A stretch of DNA of 64,000 nt from Candidatus Egerieisoma sp. (GTDB taxonomy: Bacteria; Bacteroidota; Bacteroidia; Bacteroidales; UBA932): NCBI GenBank assembly GCA_045659725.1, contig JAZRCK010000011.1:4296-68295 (forward strand), given 5' to 3'. Of this stretch, positions 53,983-62,509 are shown piece by piece (the first letter of the stretch is position 1; every line of letters starts with the position of its first letter). The notes under the pieces were generated by a model, which was given only the letters and a program-made list of their open reading frames with translations, did not search any database and was not told the origin of the DNA. The position numbers and the translations under genes were made by a program.

Positions 53983-55605
53983 TTAACCAGAATATGAGTC
54001 AGAATCAAGAAGCTGTTGTATATACTTGTCCAAATTGGTCTTTTGCTCGGTAAGCCCCAGCTTTTTCCTTATCTCGCTGTTCACAATATAGTGGCGGCTC
54101 ATCTTGGTAAATGCTCCCACCTCCTTGCCGTTGAGGCCAATGGCATACAGACAGCAATAGCCCAATTCCTTCTCATTAAGCCCATGCTCCTTCAAATATG
54201 CTATGAACGCAGGGTGACTTGCCTCAAAGGCAGCAATTGTGGATGACATGAACTCTTCCCTGTTTGACAACAGTTCATCCATCTGCTGTTGGGCACTCTT
54301 GTCTGCCTTCCAGTTCTCCGTAATGTTGGCAGCCAGGAATTTGTTTAGAAGGGCCAGCCTTTCCCTTACAATCCCTTTCATGTCCCCGTTAAGCACCAGG
54401 CTCTCCTCCAGAGTCTGAGCCAGAGTGGATTTTTCCTGCATAAGCATTTGGCACTGCTGCCTGTAACTGTCATTCTCCTTCAACCTTATTTTCAACCTGT
54501 ATACCACCACCGCAATCACTCCGGCAAGGAGAACTATGAACCCTGCTGCAAGCAGGCTTGTCATCTTCCTCACACGGGCCTCCCTCATGAGGGCATATCT
54601 CTCTTCAATGAATTTGGTATCATTGAGCAACAGTGCCTTCCCGACAGAATCTGAAGCTGACACATACATGCTGTAATGCTCCACTGCAGCCTCCGCATCC
54701 CCATACTCCTCATAGAGCCTTGATGCAATATGATGATACTTCATGCTCCTGTCCATAGAATATAGACAATATGAGTCCATCGCCTGTCTGCATCCATGCA
54801 AATCTTTCATCTCCAGCCTCTTTTCTGCTACAGTAAGCCACCCTACATAACTGTGGGGCACCACCTCAACATACTCCTGCAGGTGTTCGGCAAGGGCCTT
54901 CTCCCCTACAAACGCCCCTGCAAATGCCACTTTGCTTTCATACAGCAAAGAGAGTTCATTGGGATTCTCACTGTCTGCCATCGCCTGAAGGTTTTCCAGT
55001 ACACGGGCTGCATCTTCCCTGCTCTCCATTGCAACATATCCGCTGAATACATTGGCCCAAGAATCAAAACGCAGAGTATAATCCCCACACTCTTCAAAAA
55101 GTGCTGCCGCCTCTTTCATGTGCAGCACATGCTTGTCCCATTGGCGCAGACTACGGTGCATATTTCCCTTTGCATAATGCATTTTGGCTGCTGTTGCCGC
55201 ATCCTTTGTGCCTGTAGCCTCTGCCAATCCCTTAACATAGGATTCCATAGCACCCTGGAAATCACCTGTATTCTCACAGATCCTCCCCATAAGATAGAAA
55301 GTACGGAGCTTTTCATCAGGATTCCCTTTTTTCAGGTAAAAATCCATTGCAGGCTGCAGGTACGAGAAATTGTCGGGATAAAGGGCATTGCTCTCCATAG
55401 CCATTGAGATGAGGAGGGAGTATTTTGCCTGCACCCTCTTCCCCTCCATCATAGAAGGGTTGAGGTCCTGCAGCACCATGAGGGCATCATAAGGGCGCTC
55501 CACAATGTAGGTTTCCACCTCATCAAGCACCTTTGTGGCAGGATTTTCCGCCACACACCCCCACAGAAGTGCTGCAAGTACCGTTAGTTTAAATACTGTT
55601 TTCAT
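53983..55605 (-). CDS. membrane-anchored one-component regulator: exported TPR-like domain, one TM helix, coiled coil, C-terminal GerE-like HTH (DUF6377-like architecture)
   Basis: MKTVFKLTVLAALLWGC lipobox/signal; TPR-like helical repeats; TM MTSLLAAGFIVLLAGVIAVVVY. The C-terminus is LNEKELGYCCLYAIGLNGKEVGAFTKMSRHYIVNSEIRKKLGL. Confidence 0.6.
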   Translation of the reverse strand: MKTVFKLTVLAALLWGCVAENPATKVLDEVETYIVERPYDALMVLQDLNPSMMEGKRVQAKYSLLISMAMESNALYPDNFSYLQPAMDFYLKKGNPDEKLRTFYLMGRICENTGDFQGAMESYVKGLAEATGTKDAATAAKMHYAKGNMHRSLRQWDKHVLHMKEAAALFEECGDYTLRFDSWANVFSGYVAMESREDAARVLENLQAMADSENPNELSLLYESKVAFAGAFVGEKALAEHLQEYVEVVPHSYVGWLTVAEKRLEMKDLHGCRQAMDSYCLYSMDRSMKYHHIASRLYEEYGDAEAAVEHYSMYVSASDSVGKALLLNDTKFIEERYALMREARVRKMTSLLAAGFIVLLAGVIAVVVYRLKIRLKENDSYRQQCQMLMQEKSTLAQTLEESLVLNGDMKGIVRERLALLNKFLAANITENWKADKSAQQQMDELLSNREEFMSSTIAAFEASHPAFIAYLKEHGLNEKELGYCCLYAIGLNGKEVGAFTKMSRHYIVNSEIRKKLGLTEQKTNLDKYIQQLLDSDSYSG

Positions 55606-55613
55606 CCCTACAG

Positions 55614-58187
55614 CTATTTCTTTGCCTTAATCACCTTTTCTGCATAGTGGTACTGTCTTGCACCTGAACGGCCCTCTACCTCAACCCTCATGTCGGCACC
55701 TGTATCATTGGTATAGAAACTTACCTGAGCCTTGCCGTCTGCACCAATCTTCAATGCAGGGTTCCAATAGAGTGTCATCCTCTTGTCTGCCCTCTTTGAT
55801 GCTTTCTCCTGCGCTGATTCATATTTTGGAGAGTACATCTTTGCAGGTTTTTGCCATCCAATAGGGTATGAAGAGACCACATTACCGGGAGCCTTCATGT
55901 TTATATTGGGTTTTGTACGGATCATGAGCACTGGTGACGGATATGTAGGCATACGCTCAAAGACGAACGGAGGCTGGAACGGTGATGCCGCAAGGCCCGA
56001 TACATATATGATTGACTCAACCTCTGAAAGTGGCATCTGCCACAAATTGGAGTTCAGCACCTCATATCCAGGAAGAAACACTCTGTTCAAATATACAAGT
56101 ACAGGCATCCAGTGATTACTGTGAACCCGTCCCATAAGATTATCTCCTCTAGGGCTTCTACGTACTCCAGGGAAAGCCGCTGCAACATATGAGGCTATGT
56201 CATATCCTCCTTTTGCATATGGCCTTAGTGCAGTCTCATTCCTGTAGTTTTCCTTTCTTATAGGGATGTTGGGATATGGTGAAGGGGAGTTCCTTGGAGT
56301 GATGAGGGTTGAAGTTACCACTACAGGGTCGAGCTGGAACGCCATCTGGTGCCTACCGTCATCATTGCTGTAATAAATGTCCTCCACCAGACGTCCGTAC
56401 TCCGGAGAATATACAATCTTCTCTCCTTTCACAGGATACTCATACATTGGAGCAAACCAGTCATCCTGCAGGATAGGCGCATGCATGGTACCCTTTCCGT
56501 TCCTGTTATTTGCACTTACAATAAAACGGGTGTTTTCAGGGAAATCCACATTCTCCAGCACAAAATGGCCGGTATTTATCTCGCCCATTGCAGAAAAGTT
56601 TATAGTAGGGGCAAGAAATGATACTGTAGACCTCTTTACAGTATTTCCCAACATTCCTATAACCTTACCGGCAATTGTCTGTGTGTACTCCTTTCCAAAT
56701 GCAGGAGTTTCGTTTCTATTCTGGAGAATCTTTGACATATCATAATATCTCCATCCATGTGTCTGCATGAGCATGTCTGCCATAGCCATCCTGCGGCTGT
56801 AAGGAATCTGCGGATTAAAGTAGTCCTCAAGATTCTCTATATAACCGTTAAGCTCGCTCTTGAGGAGCATATATGACTTTATGTTTGTCTTCTCTTCATT
56901 ATCCACGCTCCCCATATCGGTTACCGCTACAGAGAAACTTCCGTTGCCCTGAAGCATCTCTTTTGGAACAGATACTGTAAGGTTGACCTTCTCCCGCTTG
57001 CCGTATGACTCCTTGCCCAAAGCTACCTGAAGTTTCTCCGCCCCTGCAGGAAGAACTGCAAAAGGTCTCTGCGCATATACGTTGCCTTCAGCATCCGTAA
57101 CCGAAATTGTATGGATACCCTCATTCAGCTGTTCCAAAGGCATCACAAGATTCTCCACTTCCCTGCTGAGGGATTTAGTATAATATGCCTCAGAACCGTT
57201 TGCAAAGATTACAGAAAGTCCTGCGGCCTGGAGATCAGGTGTGGATTCAACAACAAAACGGATCTTGTCGGCCTCCATAAAGCCATACACTACAACGCCA
57301 CTTGCAACAGGATCCTGAAGCTGCACTTTTGCATGATATCCGCTCTTGTCCTTTACTGTAGCCACAAGTTTCCCATGTGGAAGTTCAGGAACAACCACCT
57401 TGGCAAAGCCCAGGGAATCTGTGCGGTATGAGGCTATTGATGACCCGTCGGGAGCAAGAATCTCTCCATACACCTCTGCACCTCGTCCTTCACCATTTAT
57501 ACCTTTCACATAGATATGTGCCTTTTTGCCGGCTATATAGTTGCCGCTCTCGGGAAGGAACTGTACATCATATACAGGGCCATTCCCTTTGGTTTCTGTT
57601 GTAGCGTATGGATATTCAACGCCAATACGAGTATACTCTTCATCCCTTTTTATCCCCTTGTCCTGCATAGCCTTCACATGCTTGTCCTTCATAGGATTCA
57701 CAAGCGACAGCTCCTTGTAGAACATATATTCAGCAGGGGAATTGAGCATCCAGTAGGTATATCCGCGCAGGATACCCTTGCCGGTAGAGTTCATCTCCGG
57801 TACTACAATATGGCCGCTGAATGAGTTGCCGGTGCGGCGCAGCTTCTGCCTTACAATAACCTCCGGAGCTGATGCCAACGATTTTGTCCAGCTGGTGAAA
57901 TCTGTATACAGCTGGTCACTGATGAGTTCCACGTATATATAGTTGGATTCCGGGAACTCGCTGTTGTATGATGCATTCTCCACATAACCGCTTATCCAGA
58001 TGGTATCGGTTGCAAAGTATGTATCCTTGTCTGTATGAAGATACACCTTCTCCGGTGAGAGAAGCTTAGTGTAATTGCTGAAGGCTTCCGCATGTTTATG
58101 CTGTCCGTATGCAGAAACGGCAGATATCATAAGGGCAACTGCAAGTGCGCCCAGTAAATTTTGGATTTTGAAGTTCATTGCTCCCAT
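55614..58187 (-). CDS. large secreted protein with N-terminal MG2-like (alpha-2-macroglobulin-type) domain and Ig-like repeats; function unknown
   Basis: Signal peptide NLLGALAVALMISAVSAYGQ. EKVYLHTDKDTYFATDTIWISGYV resembles the MG2 start. An alternative ATG is at 58178. An 8-nt gap separates it from the regulator gene downstream. Confidence 0.6.
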   Translation of the reverse strand: MGAMNFKIQNLLGALAVALMISAVSAYGQHKHAEAFSNYTKLLSPEKVYLHTDKDTYFATDTIWISGYVENASYNSEFPESNYIYVELISDQLYTDFTSWTKSLASAPEVIVRQKLRRTGNSFSGHIVVPEMNSTGKGILRGYTYWMLNSPAEYMFYKELSLVNPMKDKHVKAMQDKGIKRDEEYTRIGVEYPYATTETKGNGPVYDVQFLPESGNYIAGKKAHIYVKGINGEGRGAEVYGEILAPDGSSIASYRTDSLGFAKVVVPELPHGKLVATVKDKSGYHAKVQLQDPVASGVVVYGFMEADKIRFVVESTPDLQAAGLSVIFANGSEAYYTKSLSREVENLVMPLEQLNEGIHTISVTDAEGNVYAQRPFAVLPAGAEKLQVALGKESYGKREKVNLTVSVPKEMLQGNGSFSVAVTDMGSVDNEEKTNIKSYMLLKSELNGYIENLEDYFNPQIPYSRRMAMADMLMQTHGWRYYDMSKILQNRNETPAFGKEYTQTIAGKVIGMLGNTVKRSTVSFLAPTINFSAMGEINTGHFVLENVDFPENTRFIVSANNRNGKGTMHAPILQDDWFAPMYEYPVKGEKIVYSPEYGRLVEDIYYSNDDGRHQMAFQLDPVVVTSTLITPRNSPSPYPNIPIRKENYRNETALRPYAKGGYDIASYVAAAFPGVRRSPRGDNLMGRVHSNHWMPVLVYLNRVFLPGYEVLNSNLWQMPLSEVESIIYVSGLAASPFQPPFVFERMPTYPSPVLMIRTKPNINMKAPGNVVSSYPIGWQKPAKMYSPKYESAQEKASKRADKRMTLYWNPALKIGADGKAQVSFYTNDTGADMRVEVEGRSGARQYHYAEKVIKAKK

Positions 58188-58203
58188 ATCTTTGGCTTTT
58201 TCA

Positions 58204-58211
58204 CAAAGTTA
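58204..58211 (-). promoter_or_regulatory. -7 box TAACTTTG for CDS 55614-58187
   Basis: Exact TAnnTTTG on the minus strand, 17-26 nt upstream of the two candidate ATGs. Confidence 0.5.
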
Positions 58212-58354
58212 ACTCCGGAAAGGTTTTACATGCAAATTTTCACGCACCGGCAACTCGCTGATAATCATAGGGTGTTAAACTTTTTTCCTCATCTGTGGAG
58301 AGTGTGGGTTTAACACTGCCCAAAATATAGGATAAATATATAAAAAAGGTGCGG

Positions 58355-58990
58355 CTAACCTACCAGCCACACCATTACATGATTGTCAAAAACTTCATAT
58401 TCCAGTTCAAATTCCTCTTCCGTACCGTCCTTGTTTATGAACGTTGCCTCAATGTCTCCCTCCTCCTTGGGATTGAACTTGTCCACCTCCATCTGTTTGG
58501 CAAAGTCCACCCCGTGCTGGCTCATGCGTTTGTAGATTGCCTCTTTTGCACACCAGTAGATTGCAAGCTGGAGGTTGCGGTTCTTGTCCTGCAAATCATC
58601 AATCTCATCCTCCGAAAGGGCCTTCTTCTCCACTACGGAGAAATCCCTCTCTATGCTCTCAATGTCAATTCCAACCTCCTCTGTAGGATGTGTGATGATG
58701 GCAACAAACCTGTTTGTATGGGTAATGCTTATGTGGGTAAAGTCATTCTGGATGAACGGCGCACCGTTATCGTGATGGCCCAAATACACCTTATCCTCAA
58801 AGATGGTATTGAGCAGCGCCCTCACAGCAAGCTTCTCGCGTCTTCTCTGTACGCTTTTGGTGTAATACAGTTCTTCCAGTTCCTCATTGGGAATAGAAAT
58901 GATTTTCAGCAGTTCTTCTTCGCTTTCCGTGACTTCCCAAACGGATATCTCTGCTCCGTTCTTAAGTTCTTTTCTTAAATACAGACCCAT
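58355..58990 (-). CDS. Sfp-type 4'-phosphopantetheinyl transferase
   Basis: GAPFIQND...ISITHT...VGIDIESI...WCAKEAIYKR are PPTase motifs. Confidence 0.8.
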   Translation of the reverse strand: MGLYLRKELKNGAEISVWEVTESEEELLKIISIPNEELEELYYTKSVQRRREKLAVRALLNTIFEDKVYLGHHDNGAPFIQNDFTHISITHTNRFVAIITHPTEEVGIDIESIERDFSVVEKKALSEDEIDDLQDKNRNLQLAIYWCAKEAIYKRMSQHGVDFAKQMEVDKFNPKEEGDIEATFINKDGTEEEFELEYEVFDNHVMVWLVG

Positions 58991-59001
58991 ATTATATTTT
59001 C

Positions 59002-60039
59002 TTATTTTCTATTCAGTTCTTCAAGTTCCTCAAAGTCGCTCTCATCCACAATCTCACCCACAATCTCCTCAAGGATATCCTCAAGCGTTACAATTCCGTC
59101 TGTTCCGCCATATTCATCCACCACCACAGCCAAATGCATCTTCTTGTTGCGGAACTCCTCAAGAAGGTCATTGATCTTTTTGCTCTCGGGAACAAAATAT
59201 GCATCCCTGATATGGTCCTTCCAGTTGAAGTCATCTGCCATTCCGGCAATGTAAGGGAGCATATCCTTAATGTAAAGGAAACCTTTTATATCATCCAGAT
59301 CTTCCTGATATACAGGGAGACGGGAAAAACCGCACTCACGGGCAATCTTCACAACCTCCTCATTGGTTGAATCAATGTCTATAGCCACAACATCCACGCG
59401 CGGCTTCATGATCTTTTCAACGCTGATTGTAGGGAGCTTTACTATACTCTTAAGCATCTTCTTCTCCGGACTGGCAGTTTCGGTGGCAATGTCTACCGCC
59501 TCTGAAAGTTCCTCAAGAGTTACATCGCCCTTGCCACCCATATTCTCCGACAACCTTGATGTAAATTTTGACATCATTTTATTGAACGGCCTTGTTACGG
59601 GGTAGAGCGTAGAGAGGGGGAATGCCATAGTCTTGGCAAACTGCACCGGAAAATTGGTTGCAATAATCTTTGGAAGAACCTCTCCAAAAATAAGGAGAAA
59701 GAAAGTTACAAGGATGGTATTTACCAGGAACTCCACTACAGGATAGTTTGAGAAATCAAACAGCTTGCCCAGCAACATAGTGGACAGAAGCACTATGAGG
59801 ATGTTTACAATATTGTTTGCCTGCAGGATTGTACCCAAAAGATAATCTGGGTTGGAAAGGAGCCACAGCACCCTTTCACCCTTGGAATCACCCTCCTGTT
59901 TAAGCGCATCCCTCTGTCCTGGTGTAAGTGAAAAGAATGCCGCTTCACTTCCAGATATAAGGGCTGAACAGATAATCAGGCCTAGTATTGAAAAAGAGAG
60001 AACCAGAAGTTCTACTGTAATGCTACTGGGAGGTTCCAA
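59002..60039 (-). CDS. CNNM/DUF21 + CBS-pair membrane protein (hemolysin/GldE-like, without the CorC_HlyC tail)
   Basis: SALISGSEAAFFSL (DUF21) and two CBS repeats. It ends right after the CBS pair. The only available start is TTG at 60037-60039, with no in-frame ATG near the N-terminus. Confidence 0.75.
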   Translation of the reverse strand: MEPPSSITVELLVLSFSILGLIICSALISGSEAAFFSLTPGQRDALKQEGDSKGERVLWLLSNPDYLLGTILQANNIVNILIVLLSTMLLGKLFDFSNYPVVEFLVNTILVTFFLLIFGEVLPKIIATNFPVQFAKTMAFPLSTLYPVTRPFNKMMSKFTSRLSENMGGKGDVTLEELSEAVDIATETASPEKKMLKSIVKLPTISVEKIMKPRVDVVAIDIDSTNEEVVKIARECGFSRLPVYQEDLDDIKGFLYIKDMLPYIAGMADDFNWKDHIRDAYFVPESKKINDLLEEFRNKKMHLAVVVDEYGGTDGIVTLEDILEEIVGEIVDESDFEELEELNRK

Positions 60040-60074
60040 ATTTTTAAATGTATTGGTTTCGGCTGCAAAGATAA

Positions 60075-60998
60075 TTATTTTTCTTTAACAGAATATTTTT
60101 CAAGCAAAAAGAGTGGATGATATTGCATTTTTGCCTCACGCAACCCAAGGTCTCCTGCATCATCCTCTCTGTTTATATACCTTACAGAGAGTTCTCCAGT
60201 CTGTTCATCCACAACAATTGTGTTCCTGAGGAACTCATTGGCAATTGCCGGATAAGCTCCCACAATATCTCCATATGCCTTCTCCACATGTACCAGAAGA
60301 GTATCTGAATTTGTCTTTTCGGCAATGGTAAATGCCACAACCTCACCGTTGAGCCTCAGCAGACCGCCCATAAGGCCCAACTGTTCAAAATTCTGCAGAG
60401 CATTCTTTACAGAACACGACTCGCTTGCCATTGAAGGGTCTTTTCCGCACCCGTATTTGGCACACCAGCTGATGCTCATTGCAGCACACTCCTTAAGGTT
60501 GTCCTTCCCAAGAGGTTCATAGCTCCACCCCTCCTGCCTTTTGAAGCGTGAAACAAAGTTTCTTTTGCTCTGGAACTTCTTCCCCCTGAGGAATGTCAGG
60601 TCTTCTGCAGAGTAGATATAGTCGAAATAATCCCTGTTGGGCTCAAATGTGAATCTGTCGGGAAAAAGATTTTCAAGGATCTCCTTATGGCCATTCTGCA
60701 CAGATGCCATATGGAAAGGATGGCCATTCTGGCGGGCATCCTCCATACAGGATTCCAGCACCTGCTTCAAATCCTCTGCCGTTCCTCTTCCCTGCGGAAA
60801 AAGATACATTGGTGCCGGAGCACCTTTAGGGAAGAACCGCACAACCAGGTAATCTCTCACCCTGCACACCCGTGAGCGCATGATATCACGCCAGATGTAC
60901 AGCACTGTAAAATTGAATTCAGTTGCCCGGTTATCCGAGTAACCGAGCAACTGGCGCATCCAATCCCTATCCTGTAAAGTTATCTCCTTGAATTCCAT
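60075..60998 (-). CDS. DUF2156-family protein (homologous to the C-terminal aminoacyl-transfer domain of MprF/LysPG synthase)
   Basis: FNFTVLYIWRD...DYFDYIYSAEDLTFLRGKKFQSKRNFVSRF...HVEKAYGDIVGAYPAIANEF...INREDDAGDLGLREAKMQYHP. Confidence 0.75.
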   Translation of the reverse strand: MEFKEITLQDRDWMRQLLGYSDNRATEFNFTVLYIWRDIMRSRVCRVRDYLVVRFFPKGAPAPMYLFPQGRGTAEDLKQVLESCMEDARQNGHPFHMASVQNGHKEILENLFPDRFTFEPNRDYFDYIYSAEDLTFLRGKKFQSKRNFVSRFKRQEGWSYEPLGKDNLKECAAMSISWCAKYGCGKDPSMASESCSVKNALQNFEQLGLMGGLLRLNGEVVAFTIAEKTNSDTLLVHVEKAYGDIVGAYPAIANEFLRNTIVVDEQTGELSVRYINREDDAGDLGLREAKMQYHPLFLLEKYSVKEK

Positions 60999-61001
60999 AA
61001 T

Positions 61002-62366
61002 CTATAGTTCAAGCCACTCTTTCAGTGTTGCAATTGCCTCCTGTTTCATAGGCTCCGGCAAAGTGGAGATTCTTGCTCTGTGGCTGCCATTCGGCTCAAT
61101 GTAAAGTTTCATTGTCTGGCGTCCCTTGCCTTTCTTCTTAAGCTCCTCATTCTTCACTGGGGCAACAGGCATAACTGCACTCCAAGGATCAAACTGTCCA
61201 TAGATGAACATCATCTTTGAATCGGTTTTTGCAAGGAACTTCTTTATCTTCCTGTAAAGATATTTGTCAAACTTGAATGTCTGGCTCTGCGGTACAAAAA
61301 GTTTGTTCAGATAACCCTCCGCATCCTTGATTGTAAGGAGCCCTTTGAAAGGTTTTGTATCATAGCCGTAGTAGCCAAGCTCCTTTGCCGCCTGTACAAA
61401 GAACGGTGCCGAGTCTCCACCCTCTGCAAAATAATCCGGGCCGCTTGTTCGCACAAGGTAGTTGAACATCTGCTCGTCTGTTGCGGTCTTTGGATCAGGT
61501 ACGGTAGAGGTCTTCATTCCCCACTGCCAGAAAGCAAACGGGAACTCCAGAACACAGTAATCATAAACGGCATCCATGCTTATCTTGTAGGTATAGTTCT
61601 TTTCTACAGAGAGTTTCTCAAACATAGGCCTGATTGTCTCCCTTCTCTTGAGGAACTCCACCTGGAAAGCCTTGAGTATCTCCCTGTCCTCCGGCGTGCC
61701 TGCATACTCTGCAAGGAACGGCTCATGACGTCCGTCCTCAACGCCCTTGCATAGCGGACCCACATACGGCACAGAAACATCCAAATCCTCTGGATAATAT
61801 GCAGTATAGAACATTGTTGTCTGACCGCCTTTGCTTATGCCGGTTGCAATCCATTTTCCTGTAAACACCTTTCTGAGTGTTTGGTTCACATTGTGAAGGT
61901 CGGCAGCTTCGTTTACGGCAGTCATATAATCCCAATTCAAAGTTTCAGGGGTGATTGTTGTATCATCCTGCATGAAAGGGACAGACTCAAGGAAATATCT
62001 GTGCTCAACAAGCACCATATTGGTATTGAAAAGTTTTGATACCTCTTCCCTGTATCTTGGATTGAGGCCATATGCTCCACCGTAACCTTCAGTAATGATT
62101 ACTGTAGGGGCATTGTAGTCTGCTACAGCTACAACCACCCTCTGTTTGAAGGTTCCCTTTGAAGGGTTGCTGTGGTCTATAGGCTGCTCAAAGAACATCA
62201 CATATTTCTCCTTAAAAGGATTCTCCATTTTTTGCGACACCTCAAGCTCCTTTATTCCGCTTATATTGCCAAACTGTGCCAATTTTTGTGGCAACTGTGC
62301 AAATGCAGGAATTACGGCAAAAAGCAATACCGCAATTGCCAATGATTTGAAAATTCCGTGTTTCAT
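61002..62366 (-). CDS. secreted alpha/beta-fold serine peptidase (S28/S37-like)
   Basis: Track ORF trimmed to ATG 62364-62366 (MKHGIFKSLAIAVLLFAVIPAFAQ). FEQPIDHSNPSKGTFKQRV and the GxSxG-like ATGISKGGQT. Confidence 0.7.
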   Translation of the reverse strand: MKHGIFKSLAIAVLLFAVIPAFAQLPQKLAQFGNISGIKELEVSQKMENPFKEKYVMFFEQPIDHSNPSKGTFKQRVVVAVADYNAPTVIITEGYGGAYGLNPRYREEVSKLFNTNMVLVEHRYFLESVPFMQDDTTITPETLNWDYMTAVNEAADLHNVNQTLRKVFTGKWIATGISKGGQTTMFYTAYYPEDLDVSVPYVGPLCKGVEDGRHEPFLAEYAGTPEDREILKAFQVEFLKRRETIRPMFEKLSVEKNYTYKISMDAVYDYCVLEFPFAFWQWGMKTSTVPDPKTATDEQMFNYLVRTSGPDYFAEGGDSAPFFVQAAKELGYYGYDTKPFKGLLTIKDAEGYLNKLFVPQSQTFKFDKYLYRKIKKFLAKTDSKMMFIYGQFDPWSAVMPVAPVKNEELKKKGKGRQTMKLYIEPNGSHRARISTLPEPMKQEAIATLKEWLEL

Positions 62367-62440
62367 ATTTATATTGTTTTTAATTTCTCCCAAACTTCCC
62401 GACAGCAGCCTTTGTGGCGCTACGACAGGCAGACGGGAAA

Positions 62441-62448
62441 CAAAAATA
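62441..62448 (-). promoter_or_regulatory. -7 box TATTTTTG for the peptidase-DUF2156-CNNM-PPTase operon
   Basis: Exact TAnnTTTG on the minus strand, about 75 nt upstream of ATG 62366. Confidence 0.5.
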
Positions 62449-62509
62449 CAATTTTCTCCCAAAATTCCCTTTAACTGACAAGAAAATCTCTCCGCGTCCC
62501 CAGCTCTGT

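Noticed and set aside
58349-58978. 209-aa + ORF almost exactly mirroring the 211-aa PPTase ORF.
   Set aside because: The minus frame carries the GIDIE and WCAKEAxYK PPTase motifs, while the + frame has none. It is another antisense shadow ORF.
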